Positions 1 through 16,583 are shown, counted from the stretch's first letter. The stretch is 64,000 nucleotides of DNA from Octopus vulgaris (GCA_951406725.2 OX597814.1:93744001-93808000); one strand, 5' to 3'. Notes: generated by a model from the letters alone, not told the origin. Program-made: numbers and translations.

Positions 1-389
1 CCGTTGTTGATGGGGATTATAAATATTTTTTACACATATAACTCATTGTGTAACATTAAGATTTTGACTAAATGTACGACTTTAGTACGTAGAACAAAGA
101 TTTATCTACAAGAATATTATTTAGTTGCATAGTCCGGATATTGTCATTATAATAAAACTAAACCTTATCAAATGCTGTTGAATATCTGTTTTGTTCTCAG
201 TCAACATTCTTTTAAATGGCTATCATTTCCAAACCGAAAAATAATTGCTTACCACTTAAAACATAAATCATCATCAACCCCCAAATAATTCTTTCTAACG
301 TAGATTTGATTTACTTTCTATTTGAATGCCGATTGTCTCATATTTAATAAACGTATCAATTAAAATTGTATTTGCTTTTTTACACATAG

Positions 390-514
390 GTTAATGAAGA
401 TGAAGGTCCTGTTTTATCGACTGCTGTGAGAAACCACTTTGAATCCGTTCAAATGATTCAAGGTATCAAATCATGTCGATCTGGACATCGTCAGTCACTA
501 ATTGGTCTCGTCAG
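390..514 (+). CDS. Putative internal coding exon of an unidentified host gene (VNEDEGPVLSTAVRNHFESVQMIQGIKSCRSGHRQSLIGLV-R)
   Basis: Polypyrimidine acceptor tttgcttttttacacatAG|390, open frame of 41 codons + 2 nt, donor AG|GTtcgt at 515. The phase-2 end matches the phase-2 start of the exon at 4830. Confidence 0.65.
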
Positions 515-1010
515 GTTCGTAGCTTGCTATTTTGTATAGAATTTCTTTGAAAGTACATAAATTCATTTGAATTAAAAGGCTTTTTCTTGCTTTGAACCTT
601 CGACGCCTGAAAGAGTTGTAAGGATGCTGTCGTGAAATACGGTGTGATTCCACACTTAAATCTTGCAAGAAACCGTTTTCCTTCAGGTCTGAGGATAGCC
701 AATTTAGTCCGGAGAAGGAGTAAATGTGAATGATCAAATCTAAAATGGTTGTTGATTTCTCTAACTCAGGGCAGTTCGAGGTACACTTGCCTGCGGCAGG
801 ATTTGAGCCAAGAGGAATACAGCAAATTATTCTAGAGACACTTATGATATGCCGCCAAATGAGGAAACATTGAAAGTAAAAGTAGTTGCATACAGAAATG
901 AATTACACAAATACTAAATGTTATATATTTGTATGTACGTATGCATGTATATATGTATATGTATATATATGTATGTATATATCTTTTTATATCTACATAC
1001 GTATGTATAC

Positions 1011-1065
<55 letters not shown>

Positions 1066-1149
1066 TGTGTATATGTGTATAAATATATATATGTATATAT
1101 ATTATACATGGTGTATATAAAATATATATATATTTTATATACAGACACC

Positions 1150-4100
1150 ACAGACACCAACACCAACACACACACCACAAAAATATTTCTACTGAATGTA
1201 GGAGGGCTGCTGCGCGGAAACTGTAAAAATAAAATTTCATTCCTGAGAGACCTTGTGACATGCAATCAAGCTATATGCATGGCACTCACAGAAACGCATC
1301 TTGAACCCGATATAGGTGATGCAGAAATACACATTCCGCAATATGCAGTCATACGCACAGATAGAAAAGGGAGGAGCCATGGTGGAGTTGCAATGTACAT
1401 CCGAGATGACCTCACGCCCCAGGTCCTGCTGTCATATTCAAACTCAGTATGTGAAACTCAAATTGTACACATAAGACAACTGAATATCGTCATATGCACT
1501 ACATATCGCCCACCAGACGCCCCAAAACACTCAGGCATGTTTGAAGACTGCCTAACAAAAATAGGAGAAGTCCTCACCAACCTTGAACAAGACAACAGTG
1601 TATTCTTCATGGGTGACTTTAACCTCCCCAATGTGGAATGGCCTGGGGGGCAGATGCTCCCAAGGATGACACACCATCAGCAGGCACAGGTGGAGTCCCT
1701 GCTCCATCTCACAAATACCTCTTTCATGGAGCAAATAGTTCTGCAACCAACAAGGGCAGATAATATACTGGATCTCTGCTTCACAAACAATATGGATATT
1801 ATCCATAATGTTAATGTGATGCCGACAATGATCTCGGATCACAACATAATAGAGCTGTCTATGCATGGAACAAAAGACCCCGCAGACACACAGCCTATAC
1901 GAAGCACCCACCATCTCTCCAACTTAAACTTTCATAAAGCCAACTGGAAGTCGATTGAAAAAGAGATCCTCAAACAGGATTGGCCTGAATGTCTCTCCAC
2001 ACCGGACATAAACATGAAACACAAACACTTCATGTCCATAATACAAGCCATATGTGACAAATATGTCCCAATGTGCAGGGCCAGCACACACAAGAACAAA
2101 AACAGGATCCCTAGAGAAAGGAGGATTCTTATGAGACGACGGACAAGGATTGCAAACCGCCTGAGCAAGCACACCAAAAGTGGTGAGAAGTCTCGGCTCG
2201 AAAGAATGCTAATGGAAACTGAGAAAAGTCTACATCAGTCCCATGAAAAGGAGAGAGCAGATAAAGAAGCTTGGGTAATAGAAAATATAAAATCAAACCC
2301 TAAAGCTTTCTTTAAGTTTGCCAAAGAGACAGCCACAGTGCACCAGAGAATAGGACCTCTCTTCCAAAAAGATGGCTCTCTCACAGGAAATCCCACGAGG
2401 ATAAGTGAAATACTGAACGAACAGTTCCAAAGTGTGTTCACTACACCTCTAGGACACAGGCAAGTAAACAACCCAGAAGAATTCTTTGCCACTTTACCAG
2501 CGGCCAAAGAGACAAAAATTGAGTACATCAACATCGAAGAAGATGATATCACACTAGCCATTGATGAGATTGACACAAACTCAGCTGCTGGACCTGATGG
2601 ATTCCCAGCGATCCTTCTCAAATCGTGCAAACGAGCCCTTGCAAAACCGCTACAGCTTCTTTTTCAGAGCTTTCTTGCAAGTGGTAAGCTCCCAGTCAAA
2701 CTGAAAGAGGGGGTAATATGCCCTATCCATAAGGGAGGTAGCAGAGCAGATGCTAAAAATTATAGGCCTATCTCTCTGACCTCACACATCAGCAAAGTCA
2801 TGGAACGAATAGTCCGTAAGAAACTAATCATGTTCCTTGAAGAAAATGACATACTGTCTGACACCCAGCATGGATTTCGACCAGGTAGAGGCTGCCTAAC
2901 ACAGCTCCTGCAACACTATGACTGGGTGTTGAAACAGCTACTAAATGGCTCAAATGTGGATGTAATATATCTTGACTTTGCTAAAGCCTTTGATAAAGTC
3001 GACCATGGTATGATCTGTCACAAACTGCGTGGTCTCGGCATAGGCGGGAAACTTGGAGAGTGGCTGCACAACTTCCTAAAAGACAGAAAACAGGCAGTTG
3101 TGAGCAATGGAGCCACCTCAGGGAAACGCAAATAACAAGCTGTGTCCCACAGGGCACTGTCTTGGGGCCACTGATGTTCATAGTGGCCCTTTCAGACATG
3201 CCTTCAGTTGCTACGATGACCACCCTTGCTAGCTATGCAGATGACACAAAAGTCTCCCACGCAATACAAAACCCTGAAAATATTGCGCATCTGCAACATG
3301 AGCTGGACACAATATACAGGTGGGCTGAGGACAACAATATGCAGTTTAATGCAGGTAAGTTCCAGGCCCTGCGCTACTGGCACACAAAGGTAAATGACGT
3401 GAAGACTGGATACACTGGCCCAGGAAGAATTGCAATCCCTGAGTCAAAATCAGTGCGTGACCTGGGCATTGACATGAGCAATGATGCATCTTTCCAAATG
3501 CATATTGCTAATCTGGTGATAAAATGCAGACGGCTAGCTGGATGGATTCTCCGAACTTTCAGAACAAGAGAGAAGGAGACACTGATGGTCCTATGGAAAA
3601 CATTTGTCCTCAGCCGCTTGGACTACTGCTCCCAACTTTGGTCACCACACAATATAAAACAAACAGCAGAACTCGAAGCAACTCAGAGAAGCTACACAAA
3701 GAAAATCGTCTCAATGCAAAATGTCAGCTACTGGGAAAGACTGAAGGTATTAAACCTCTTCTCCCTGGAGCGGAGGCGGGAGAGATATGCAGTGATATAC
3801 ATCAGGAAAATCCTGGAGGGTCTTGTCCCAAACTTTGGCATTCAAAGTTACTCCAACCGCAGAACGGGGCGCCGCTGCGTGGTGCCAAGGATTCCAACAT
3901 CACCATCAAAATACAGGTCCAGATACTGCAACAGCTTGGGTTTCAGAGGACCACAGCTCTTTAACATCCTCCCTAAATGCCTGAGAGACTTACATGGTGT
4001 GGATGTGGGTTTCTTTAAAACTAAACTGGATCTCTGCTTGTTGGGAGTCCCAGATGAACCTACCTCACGACAGGAGACACGGATGCGGGCAGCAGCATCG

Positions 4101-4221
4101 AACTCCCTTGTTGATCAAGTGCCACGTATCAGAGGTGGATTCACAAACTAGTGTAGCTCATTCAGCGGTGGTGCCCCAGCATGGCCGCGGCCTTCGGGGT
4201 AAAACATTTTTAAGGATTTAA
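1150..4221 (+). mobile_element. 5'-truncated non-LTR retrotransposon (CR1/L2-group-like LINE) with APE endonuclease + reverse transcriptase ORF and one frameshift
   Basis: APE motifs ALTETHL, YRPP, MGDFNLP, LDLCFTN, SDHN. RT motifs [41 protein letters not shown]. The frame shifts at ~3121-3123 and the stop is at 4151, followed by a short 3' UTR. Flanked by (TA)n. Confidence 0.95.
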
Positions 4222-4310
4222 GGATATATATGTATGTATGTATACATATATCTGAACATACATATATATATATACACATACACATACATATATATAGATA
4301 TATGATATAT

Positions 4311-4348
<38 letters not shown>

Positions 4349-4443
4349 CATATATATATGCCTACATATTATCTTTATGTAGATGCATATATATCATATA
4401 TCTTTTTATATATAGATATATGGTATATATATACATATATATG

Positions 4444-4474
<31 letters not shown>

Positions 4475-4829
4475 AAATATATATATATATGTATATATAT
4501 ATGTACATATATATTTATATATATGAGATATATACGCATATATGTATATACATACACACATACATTATAAATATTAATTTTATATATATATATATATATA
4601 CATACACACACACACAGTTATATGTGCGTGCGCACGTGTATATCTATGCTTATATGTATAACCTTTCTTATTTCTTTACCTCCTGCTTGTTGGTTTGCTC
4701 GGCTGACTGAGTGTCAACCAAACGTTTCGTAGGTTCTCTTCTCTGCAAAGTAGTTATTTGATTCTATGGGGCGAAGTATTTTTGAGAGACAAAACATGTG
4801 GCTTGTAATATTTTTGTGTTTTCTTACAG

Positions 4830-4980
4830 AAAAAAGAGTCTTATTAATAAAAAGGGTGACGAGAACAAGAAATCGAAACCGCGACATTTGGTCAGACAAG
4901 AATCCATCCACGATGTAGAGAATGAACTTTGCAACCTAGCACCAATAGTAGAAGGCAGAATATTTATGCTAGACGACGTT
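4830..4980 (+). CDS. Putative internal coding exon of the same gene (R-KKSLINKKGDENKKSKPRHLVRQESIHDVENELCNLAPIVEGRIFMLDDV)
   Basis: Acceptor ttttgtgttttcttacAG|4830 and consensus donor |GTAAGT at 4981. The 151 nt equal 1 nt + 50 codons with no stop. Confidence 0.75.
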
Positions 4981-5234
4981 GTAAGTTTCTGTTAATTTTC
5001 ATACTTATTTCAAATCGTAAATACTTTTTTAAAATAAGCTTTCATGAGTAAGAGAAAACATTCCTGAGAACTTATGCATACAATCAGTTTTCTTTTTTTT
5101 TTGTAAGAAACATTCGCACAGTTAACATTACAGTTTTATGTGTTTTGGATTTCCTTACAGCATGTCTCTGCCTGCTCCACTGCATACACACACGTACGTA
5201 CGTACCTATGTATGTATATATGTATGTATGTGAA

Positions 5235-5575
5235 GGCGCATGGCTCAGTGGTTAGAGCGTCGAGCTTACGATCGTGAGGTTGTGAGCTCGAATCCCGGAC
5301 CGGGCTGCTTGTTGAGTTCTTGAGCAAGACACTTTAATTCACGTTGCTCCAGTTAACTCAGCTGTAGAAATGAGTTGCGACGTCACGGGTCCCAAGCTGT
5401 ATCGGCTGCTGCCTTTTCCTTGGATAACACTGGTGGCGTGGAGAGGAGAGGCCGGTATGCATGGGCGACTGCTGGTCTTCCATAAACAACCTTGCCCGGA
5501 CTTGAGCCTCGGAGGGTAACTTTCTAGGTGCAATCCCATGGTCAGTGTCGTGACCGAAGGGGGTCCACCCCCCGA
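5235..5575 (+). mobile_element. tRNA-derived SINE
   Basis: Head GGCGCATGGCTCAGTGGTTAGAGCG (A box) ... GCTCGAATCCC (B-box-like). The body recurs at 24850-25170. Confidence 0.85.
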
Positions 5576-5704
5576 TATACGTACGTACGTACGTATGTGT
5601 GTATGTATGTATGTATGTATGTATGTATGTATGTACTCACACACACAACTAATGTGAATGTGATTGTTTCTAAAATCAATGGCAGCTATAATCCAATATG
5701 GACT

Positions 5705-5970
5705 CTCTCTTTACTCTTTTACTTGTTTCAGTCATTTGACTGTGGCCATGCTGGAGCACCGCCTTTAGTCGAGCAAATCGACCCCAGGACTTATTCTTTG
5801 TAAGCCTAGTACTTATTCTATCCGTCTCTTTTGCCGAACCGCTGAGCTACGGAGACGTAAACACACCAGCATCTGTTGTCAAACGATGTTGGGGGGACAA
5901 ACACAGACTCATAAACAGACACACACGCACACACGCACACACGCACACACACACACACATACACACACAC

Positions 5971-6019
<49 letters not shown>

Positions 6020-6194
6020 AATATATATACACATATATACGACGGTCTTTTCCGTCTACCAAATCCACTCACAAGGCTTTGGTCGGCCCAAGGCTATAGT
6101 GGAAGACACCTGCCCAAGGTGCCATGCAGTGGGATTGAACCCGGAACCATGTGGTTCATAAGCAAGCTACTTACCACACAGCCATTCTTACGCC
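5705..6194 (-). mobile_element. tRNA-derived SINE with internal (CA/TA)n and LINE-like 3' tail
   Basis: The reverse complement starts GGCGTAAGAATGGCTGTGTGGTAAG ... GGTTCAATCCC, contains CCTTGGGCAGGTG and ends GGCGGTGCTCCAGCATGGCC...GAAACAAGTAAAAGAG. Other copies lie at 22165, 33655 and 51130. Confidence 0.9.
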
Positions 6195-6840
6195 TAAACA
6201 ATGACTCTATACAATGACTAAAAATCTCAATTTTGACATATTATTTTAACATGACTGTAATGCGTGGGTACTATGCACCACGCCGGAATAAATGTTTTAA
6301 ACAGGCAACGTCAAAAGATTGTAATACATGTCGCGTTTTAATGTCACATTGTCACAAGCACTAAAGCGAGTACCTTTTATATTTATAATTCCTTGGAAGT
6401 ATGCGAAACTGCGAGAATCGTAACAGTATCATATTTGTTAATCTTAATACATTCTGACAGATTCTAACGTAAATATCAGTCGCTGTTGTTTTTCCATTAG
6501 CGGAGGACATCCCCTCTCTTTAGGCGATGTGTGTTCATAACATGCGTGAATTACCAGCCTAAGGAAACTTTGAGACCGAGGTGTTTCGACCTTATTGTGT
6601 ACCTACTCTGTCAAATCTTCATCGCAGACCATAAACCCGACAAGAACACGAGCATTTGTTTATAGGTATCAATAGAGAAATAATTTGCTGATGTGTACTA
6701 TTGTCTGCCGAACAGATAAAAATCTATAGAATGCACGCGGAACAGCAAGAATCCAAACAAAATGCCTAGCCACCTTAAATGTTCTACTTTGGTGGAGGTT
6801 TCTGGCTTATCTTCCAAAGTAAGGCATATACATTTCCCCA

Positions 6841-6909
<69 letters not shown>

Positions 6910-6914
6910 TATAA

Positions 6915-7428
6915 ATGCACTGATACAGTACCAGACAATGGCTCTCATGGTTTTTGATCCTAACTGATTGGAAGTGTTATCATGTACATGTTTTGTCTTC
7001 GTACAAAAGGTTCACTTGTCAGTTGTTTGACCATAATCAGTTGAGCATGTCCCTTGGGGGCTGACGATATTTGCATCTCTTATCACGAGCAGAAGGGAAA
7101 CATTATAGCCAAAGGCTGAGAGGAATTCTTTGGGGTTTGAATAATTCACCTCTAGAAACATGGGTGTCTCATTCATAATCCTTAAACCTTATTGAGGGAA
7201 CGTTTGTGCAGGCTGGGCTACTTGATCTGAAGAAAATATTAACTGGGCCCCACCGGCAAGGTCATGCACTGTATATTTTGAAGTGAGATGATGACCGTAT
7301 CGCGCACATATGGTTGTGATACTTATGCCTGATGTACTTTCATCGGACATGTAGTCATGATGGGTATATTGCGCTTCATTTATTTGTACCTCTGTGCCAC
7401 TTTGATGGCAAGCACTGCTCTTTCACTC
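6915..7428. mobile_element. Non-autonomous ~520 bp interspersed repeat embedded in (TAA)n
   Basis: Colinear homologue at 39658-40201. Both copies are flanked on both sides by (AAT)n. Confidence 0.75.
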
Positions 7429-7451
7429 AATAATAATAATAATAATAATAA

Positions 7452-7494
<43 letters not shown>

Positions 7495-7519
7495 CGTCGT
7501 CGTAGTAGTAGTAGTAGTC

Positions 7520-7567
<48 letters not shown>

Positions 7568-8686
7568 ACACATTTATTACAAAATTTCTTTACTAACTAG
7601 TTTTAACTCTTTATCTGTCAAAAACATTATATTGGCGTTTGTTATGCTAATGAGTAGTTCTTTCTGAATAGCCAATCTTTTTTTCATTTTTATTTCGTAT
7701 TGAAGCTTTGAAACAAAGCTTTTATAATTTTCAGTAGACGAAACGGAATGGTAGGTATGTGGTTCGTGTCGCTTTTGCTCCTTTCATCACAAGGGACTTA
7801 ACTAGTGACTACAAAAAGTAACTTCCGTCACAATGTTCTTGAATGTACTCGGGGATGTAAGTTAATTAACGTACATTGCATTTGAGTGGTGAAAATATTT
7901 ACTTCGATTTTCAATCAGACCATACACATTTTTACATGAGCACAGTCATTTGGATGGATGTGAATGTGTTTATATATGTATATAATATCTGTGAAATACT
8001 TTGATAATTACTGACTGGAACTTTTGAACTTCCACAAAGTTAATATTTAACATAGAGCAAACAATCTATTTCTCTAATTAAATGCATTATATTTCAATAA
8101 ACATTCTCCACCAACTACATTCTCAAAAATAAATGCAAAGTACAATAATGTTTGCTCAGCACAGAATCATTAGTCATGTCCCTTATCAGGGAAGCAACAT
8201 AAGCGACAGTAACCACAAACTTAATATTTATGTCACTTGTCATGAGCAACAAATCTTATCGAAGTTAACTCACTACCACGTGCAAAATAAACACGAGAAT
8301 AGAAAGACAGTTGAGACAATGGGGAAAACTTTGTATTCCAGGTTTATGTATAAGTAAAATATTTGATAATTTTTAATGAAAACGAAACTTTCGCAATATA
8401 TATTTACATACACGAGTTAAAAAAAAAAACAGAAATGAGAATCAGTTTGAAGGGAAACTATTCATTACATAAACCATTTTCTGCATATTCTAATAGATAT
8501 AACTACATTTTTAAGTAAAACATATTTGCTATTTCAGTAATGTAAACATATGTAAATAAATCTTAAAAAAAAAAAAGAAAAAAACTCCAAGTGCATTTTC
8601 AACTCCGCTTCGTTATACTTGTACTCTTGTGAAAAGTTATTTTCTTGTACATATATGCACTTACGATACAGTATGCTTACTGGGTA

Positions 8687-8771
<85 letters not shown>

Positions 8772-8862
8772 CTGTGTAAGGATGAATTGAATGTCCCTGC
8801 ATGAAAAAATAATGTAATAATTTTAAAAATAAAACTTATCTTTTCTATATTTCTATTTACAG

Positions 8863-8997
8863 AAGCGAGAGGTGATGTTAAGTTTAAAACAGTCATCCGA
8901 GCATCTATTAAGTGCCGCAGTTCCTGAGGAGACTGGATATAACGGGAGTCACCAGACAACTCCAAACTCGGACAACGAAAGGAATCTTGTTCCGTAG
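8863..8997 (+). CDS. Putative terminal coding exon of the same gene (KREVMLSLKQSSEHLLSAAVPEETGYNGSHQTTPNSDNERNLVP*)
   Basis: Acceptor ttttctatatttctatttacAG|8863, phase 0 matching the previous donor, 44 codons then TAG at 8995-8997. AATAAA hexamers follow downstream (e.g. 9588). Confidence 0.7.
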   Translation, partial: KREVMLSLKQSSEHLLSAAVPEETGYNGSHQTTPNSDNERNLVP

Positions 8998-9150
8998 ATA
9001 CTGCTTTTATATAAACATTTCATTTTCTTGGAAAAGTTTTGATAAGGATAAAACCCAATGAACATAGAACATAGGTTAAACCAAAAGAACAACAATATAA
9101 GCAACAACAATGACCTCGATGATAACACCAACAACAGCAGCAGCAACAGC

Positions 9151-9184
<34 letters not shown>

Positions 9185-9187
9185 GTA

Positions 9188-9236
<49 letters not shown>

Positions 9237-9359
9237 GAAGTTTGGCGAAATAGTCTAGAGTTTCCATAGAAATTTGAATCAAGTCTCGCGGATGGCACCT
9301 GCGAAGTATGGTAATAGTGAATGATAATAATAATGATAATGATAATAATAATAATGATG

Positions 9360-9417
<58 letters not shown>

Positions 9418-9659
9418 TAATAATAATAATGACTAGGATTTCTTTCAATTGATCTGAAAGTCATAGGATTCTTTTCGGTAGAGCAGTTAAAAATCATCGT
9501 CAACAACACGTAAGATTAATAATAGGTAACATCCTGAAATAGAATACTGTTAAAAGTAACAAAAGTGATAGACCGTTACAAATGAAGAATAAAATGGAAA
9601 CATATACTGACACAAAGAATAAATTATTTGAAAAATAAAAGCACCAGATGTGATATAAG

Positions 9660-12000
<2,341 letters not shown>

Positions 12001-13610
12001 ATGTATGCGGTAACGTACATGCAAACATACAAAACTTAGCTGACTTAAGAAATTACAGTGATCTATAAATTAACATTATCAGAACGAGAATAACTTTAAT
12101 ATACGCAATGACTATAATCAAGCAATCTTAAAAGGCTGAGTTTCTTTCTTTAAATTTTAATTCTATATACATTACATCATTTACCCCATCTCACCCCAAA
12201 TGCTATGCGCAGTATATTGTAATTAAAATGGAACTATTATGTTATTCAGTATGGTTCTAATTCTGAAAACAACCAGAAAATGTTTATTGCATGTTTTGTT
12301 GTGGTTACGTAACAAATATTCCTCGATGTTATATTTTAACACCTCTTTTTTCATATAAAGATTATTATATTTCTATGTTTCACATGAAAAAAAATAAATA
12401 AATAAAATAGAAAGAAATGAAAATTGAAAATAAAAATGAAAACATACAAAAAAAAAAGAAAACAAATTTACTAACAAAGTGGTCAAAATATTCTTTATAA
12501 AAAATTATTTATTCATATGATTAAATTTTAATGGATTCGCATGTGATATCCCGTTTCTTAAGCAGTCTGGTAAGAAATGCAGTCTAGATTCTTTGCCATC
12601 TGAATCGACAAGGTGTCGGACTCTTGCCTGAAGAACTGACGTTATACCTTCTGTCACGATTGCACTTTCTTCGTGTAAGTCGTTTCACTTCAACTAGTGA
12701 TATTGATCTTGTCTTTGTTAAGTTACGTATGTTGGATAGATACAATTAACTCACATCGAGGTGTTTGAGTACTCTTGGTTAACGAATGTTTTCGTTAGCT
12801 TGCAGTGAGTACTATTTTCAAGACCTCATATGGCACTGGAACATGATAGAAACGCTCACATTGTATTACTGTTTGAACAATCCTACCATGACCATAGCCA
12901 TACTAAAGTGAATACTGCAAAACGAATATACAGTGTTTTCAGTGAGTTTTAAAAATTATCACATATGATTAAAGGGCATAAATGCACTTCGTTGAAAATA
13001 CAACAACTAAGACCACTAAATCTTCATTCTCCATTTTTCTATCACCTCTCCTCTTCTTCTTCCTCTTCTTCCTCCTCCTTCTCTTCCTCCTTTAGTTCCT
13101 TCTATTCTTCCTTTCCCTCTCTTTCCTTTCACCCACTATTTCATTGCCATCCTTCTTCTTCTTTGTCTATTTCATCTATTTCGTCTTCTGTCTTCTCTAA
13201 CGCATTGATGTGTTTAATCGGTACACATCGATGTGGTAATACGCACACGCACATATACGCTGATGGAAAGCTGAGAAACCCATGTAAACCATCTGTAAAG
13301 ACTGTGCCATTGACAAGGTCTTCAGTATACTCATAATGTAATATTTTGGTTTTTCATCGCTGAATAGTAAGAATATCGTTAGTTCCAAAGTTAAATTTTA
13401 AAAAAACCTAAAAACAATATACAAGCCCACTCCCTAAAATATTAAAAAAAATTAAATTTAAAAAATAAAATTATAAAATAAAATACTTGTTAGAAGGAGC
13501 ATTTTCTCAACAACAAAATTAGGTGTTATTATTTTCCTTTCAAAATCCAAACTTCCAAAATTCCCTTTTTTTTATTTTAGATCTTGAATACTGAAAAATA
13601 CAAAAAAAAT

Positions 13611-13641
<31 letters not shown>

Positions 13642-16371
13642 GTATATATATATATATATGTATATATATATGTAAATATATATATGTATATATATATATA
13701 TATGTGTATGTGTGAGTGTGTGTGTGTATGTATGTGTGTGTGTAAAGGAAAAAAACGAAATGAAAGGAAGCTATAGAATGTGATCTTGGGGTTTATTTTA
13801 TCTGGTGCTCTGGATACCGTCATCTAAGTAATTGCGTCTGAAAAATTTGTCATCGGATGAAATATAAACAAAATGTTGACTGTTCTTTTTCTCTCTCAAT
13901 TTAACCTCTTAACGATTTGAATAGAACACATCATATGTCATTCGCAATGTCATCGATGCACAAAGCAAAGTAAAAAAAAATCTAATGAATAACAACTGCA
14001 TCAGGGAATCTCTCATGAAATATACTCATGCCGTTTCGTGGAGTCTCAAGCTGGTTGAATTGATGCCCCAGCTTTGTATCCATAACAAGAAACATTCAAC
14101 TCTTGCTGACTCTCTCTACATAACTGTAAATAGGTATCATGAGCACAGCTTAATGCTGAGAGCAGCGGAAGTACCATATAACTGATGAGTATTTCATTGA
14201 CTTCTTGCAGTGCTGAGTTCAAATCTTCTAATCAGTCTGGAGAATGTAACAGGAATCCACACTAGTGTATCGTTCCTTGTCTCTTTACATGATGTATACG
14301 TCTTCGATGATGCCTACAACGACATAGTGATAGTTGCGGCACCATTAAATGCAATTTTAGGTACTGGTTATTGAGAAAATCATGCATAAATTTAACATAT
14401 ATACACACACAAATCCCAAATCTGTATAAATCAATATCTAAATCCTATTATGCATCGAGCAAAAACAAACGAACTATATTACCTTCCTATACAAATCGTC
14501 TCATGAAATGAACAAAAACAGAATTGTTCTGTATCCACTTTCGGAAAGGACATGAAATATGGCTTGAAATTTAAAATGTATTGGTTGGCATTCTTCTAAC
14601 TGTCTTTCAGGATTCATGCTCTAACTGAAGTCCCCTTCTGATATGGAGCTTGGACGTTTCAGTGGTTCAGTTAAAAAAAAAAGTCGATGTTTTGTCTCAT
14701 CTTTCTTTCATAAATTTTAACCCATCAACTTTTGCTCGAAAATAAAACCGAAAAATGAACTCAAAAGAAGCAGATAATAAAAACAGCAGTGACAACAATG
14801 GAATATTGCTTGAAGTCAACAGTAACAACTGAAAGTTTGACATATATTTTGTCAGTTTTTTATCCAGCAGTTCATATGAGTTGACTTGCGCTGCAATCTT
14901 TTCCAGATGACTGAGGCAGCTTTGATGGTTATCAGAAAGAGGATCTCTCGCTTGTTACAGTTTAGTGGATTCCTTTCCTTTAAAGGAGAGAAATGTTCAC
15001 AATCTGATATTTTAGCATGGTCCACTATTTAGTACCAAGCAGACTTAGGTCTGCGTTACCTCTGTGATTTAAAGAGAACCGGTGTTTCTAATGTAATTTT
15101 GTCATAATTATTGAACAGTTATATTTGTTATAGATTTCATTCTAATTCTCGTTTTCTCTTCAAATTTAAAATAAAAAAAGAAATTAATAAAGAATGTTCT
15201 AGAAAACGTTTCATATTAGAACTATTTATTGGTATAACCTTTTTATTAATTTTCTCTCTCAGTAGACAATTATAGGTTTAATTCATTTTCAAATGTTTTA
15301 GATGTAATATCAAATTAAACGGAAGGGTGCTGATTCGTAACTAGGTTCTGTGGCGGACAAAATGTCTAGTGACACTGAGATACGTTACGTTTTTTCTTTT
15401 TATTTACTGATATTGGTGTAATCAACTGTGCTTCCTCTCAAAATATCTCTTGGCTTAATGGCAATGTAAAAATAAATCTAAAGACAAATAATGGTCGATG
15501 GCAACGAGTGAATGTTATGACACCGGGAATCGGGACCGCAACACAATACCAAATCTCGGTTGAAGTGATTGCAACTTCAGTTACGGCACTAACGCATTTA
15601 GGGAAGGCATTAATTCCCCAGGACCCAAGTTTTCAGCACTTGTCTTGAAATATATTTTACACCCAGTTAAAATGAAATTAAGTATGGACTAAATATTTTC
15701 AGTATCTGATAGCTTTTTATGATTATATAATATTTTGACCAGTTTATCTTCGATCTTCACTGATATCAATAAAAGAAGTTTGAAGATCGGTTGATCAAAT
15801 GGTTGTGCAAATATAAAGGACTACAGGAATATACATGCTAGGAAAAACATTTTTCATACACTTTAGAGATATTCTTTATAGAAATTGAAACGTTTACTAA
15901 ACAGTTCTTTATTACAAAATACGAAGTCATAATTAGCATTTTGTTATGGATCTCAAAATCAATGTACTTGATCCTTCATACTGTTACGATTATAAGAACA
16001 CTACTTTATATCTGAAAGAAAAACAGAAAACATCACAGCATAATCTAACGAATCTTTGAATACCAGGACCAATCGAGCAAAGTTTTGTAAAATATTGAGA
16101 AGATATGCGAAGTACGAAACGGTTATGATAAATACAAGATGAAGCGAACAAATAATTAATAGAAGAATATTGCAAGGATGGATCGGATGCTGTATGCCCA
16201 AATACTGCGGTTAAATTATTCGATTCCTTTGAAACATAACAAATCCCTTATAAATAAAACTAATATATATATATATATATGTATGTATGTATACATATGT
16301 ATGTAAATGTAAGTATGCGTATATATGTGTGTATATATACACAATATTAAAAAAGATTACTACACACATAC

Positions 16372-16408
<37 letters not shown>

Positions 16409-16527
16409 TAAACATATATTCTCAATGGCACGCACACGTGTGCACGTTTGTATCTATATATGCGTATATACATACATACATACATACGCACACACATACA
16501 TTATATACATACATACATACACACACA

Positions 16528-16583
<56 letters not shown>

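Noticed and set aside
886-1150. N-terminal extension of the 749-aa ORF
   Set aside because: Read-through of (TA)n microsatellite. Real homology begins near [10 protein letters not shown].
5235-5305. tRNA-like sequences (also 33956-34025)
   Set aside because: SINE heads that continue into repeat bodies, not functional tRNA genes.
12560-16215. Scattered exon-like segments on both strands (e.g. 12755-12915 -, 13250-13360 -, 14211-14360 +, 16065-16205 -)
   Set aside because: Splice-like signals exist, but I could not chain them in consistent phase or recognise a protein. RNA-seq is needed.
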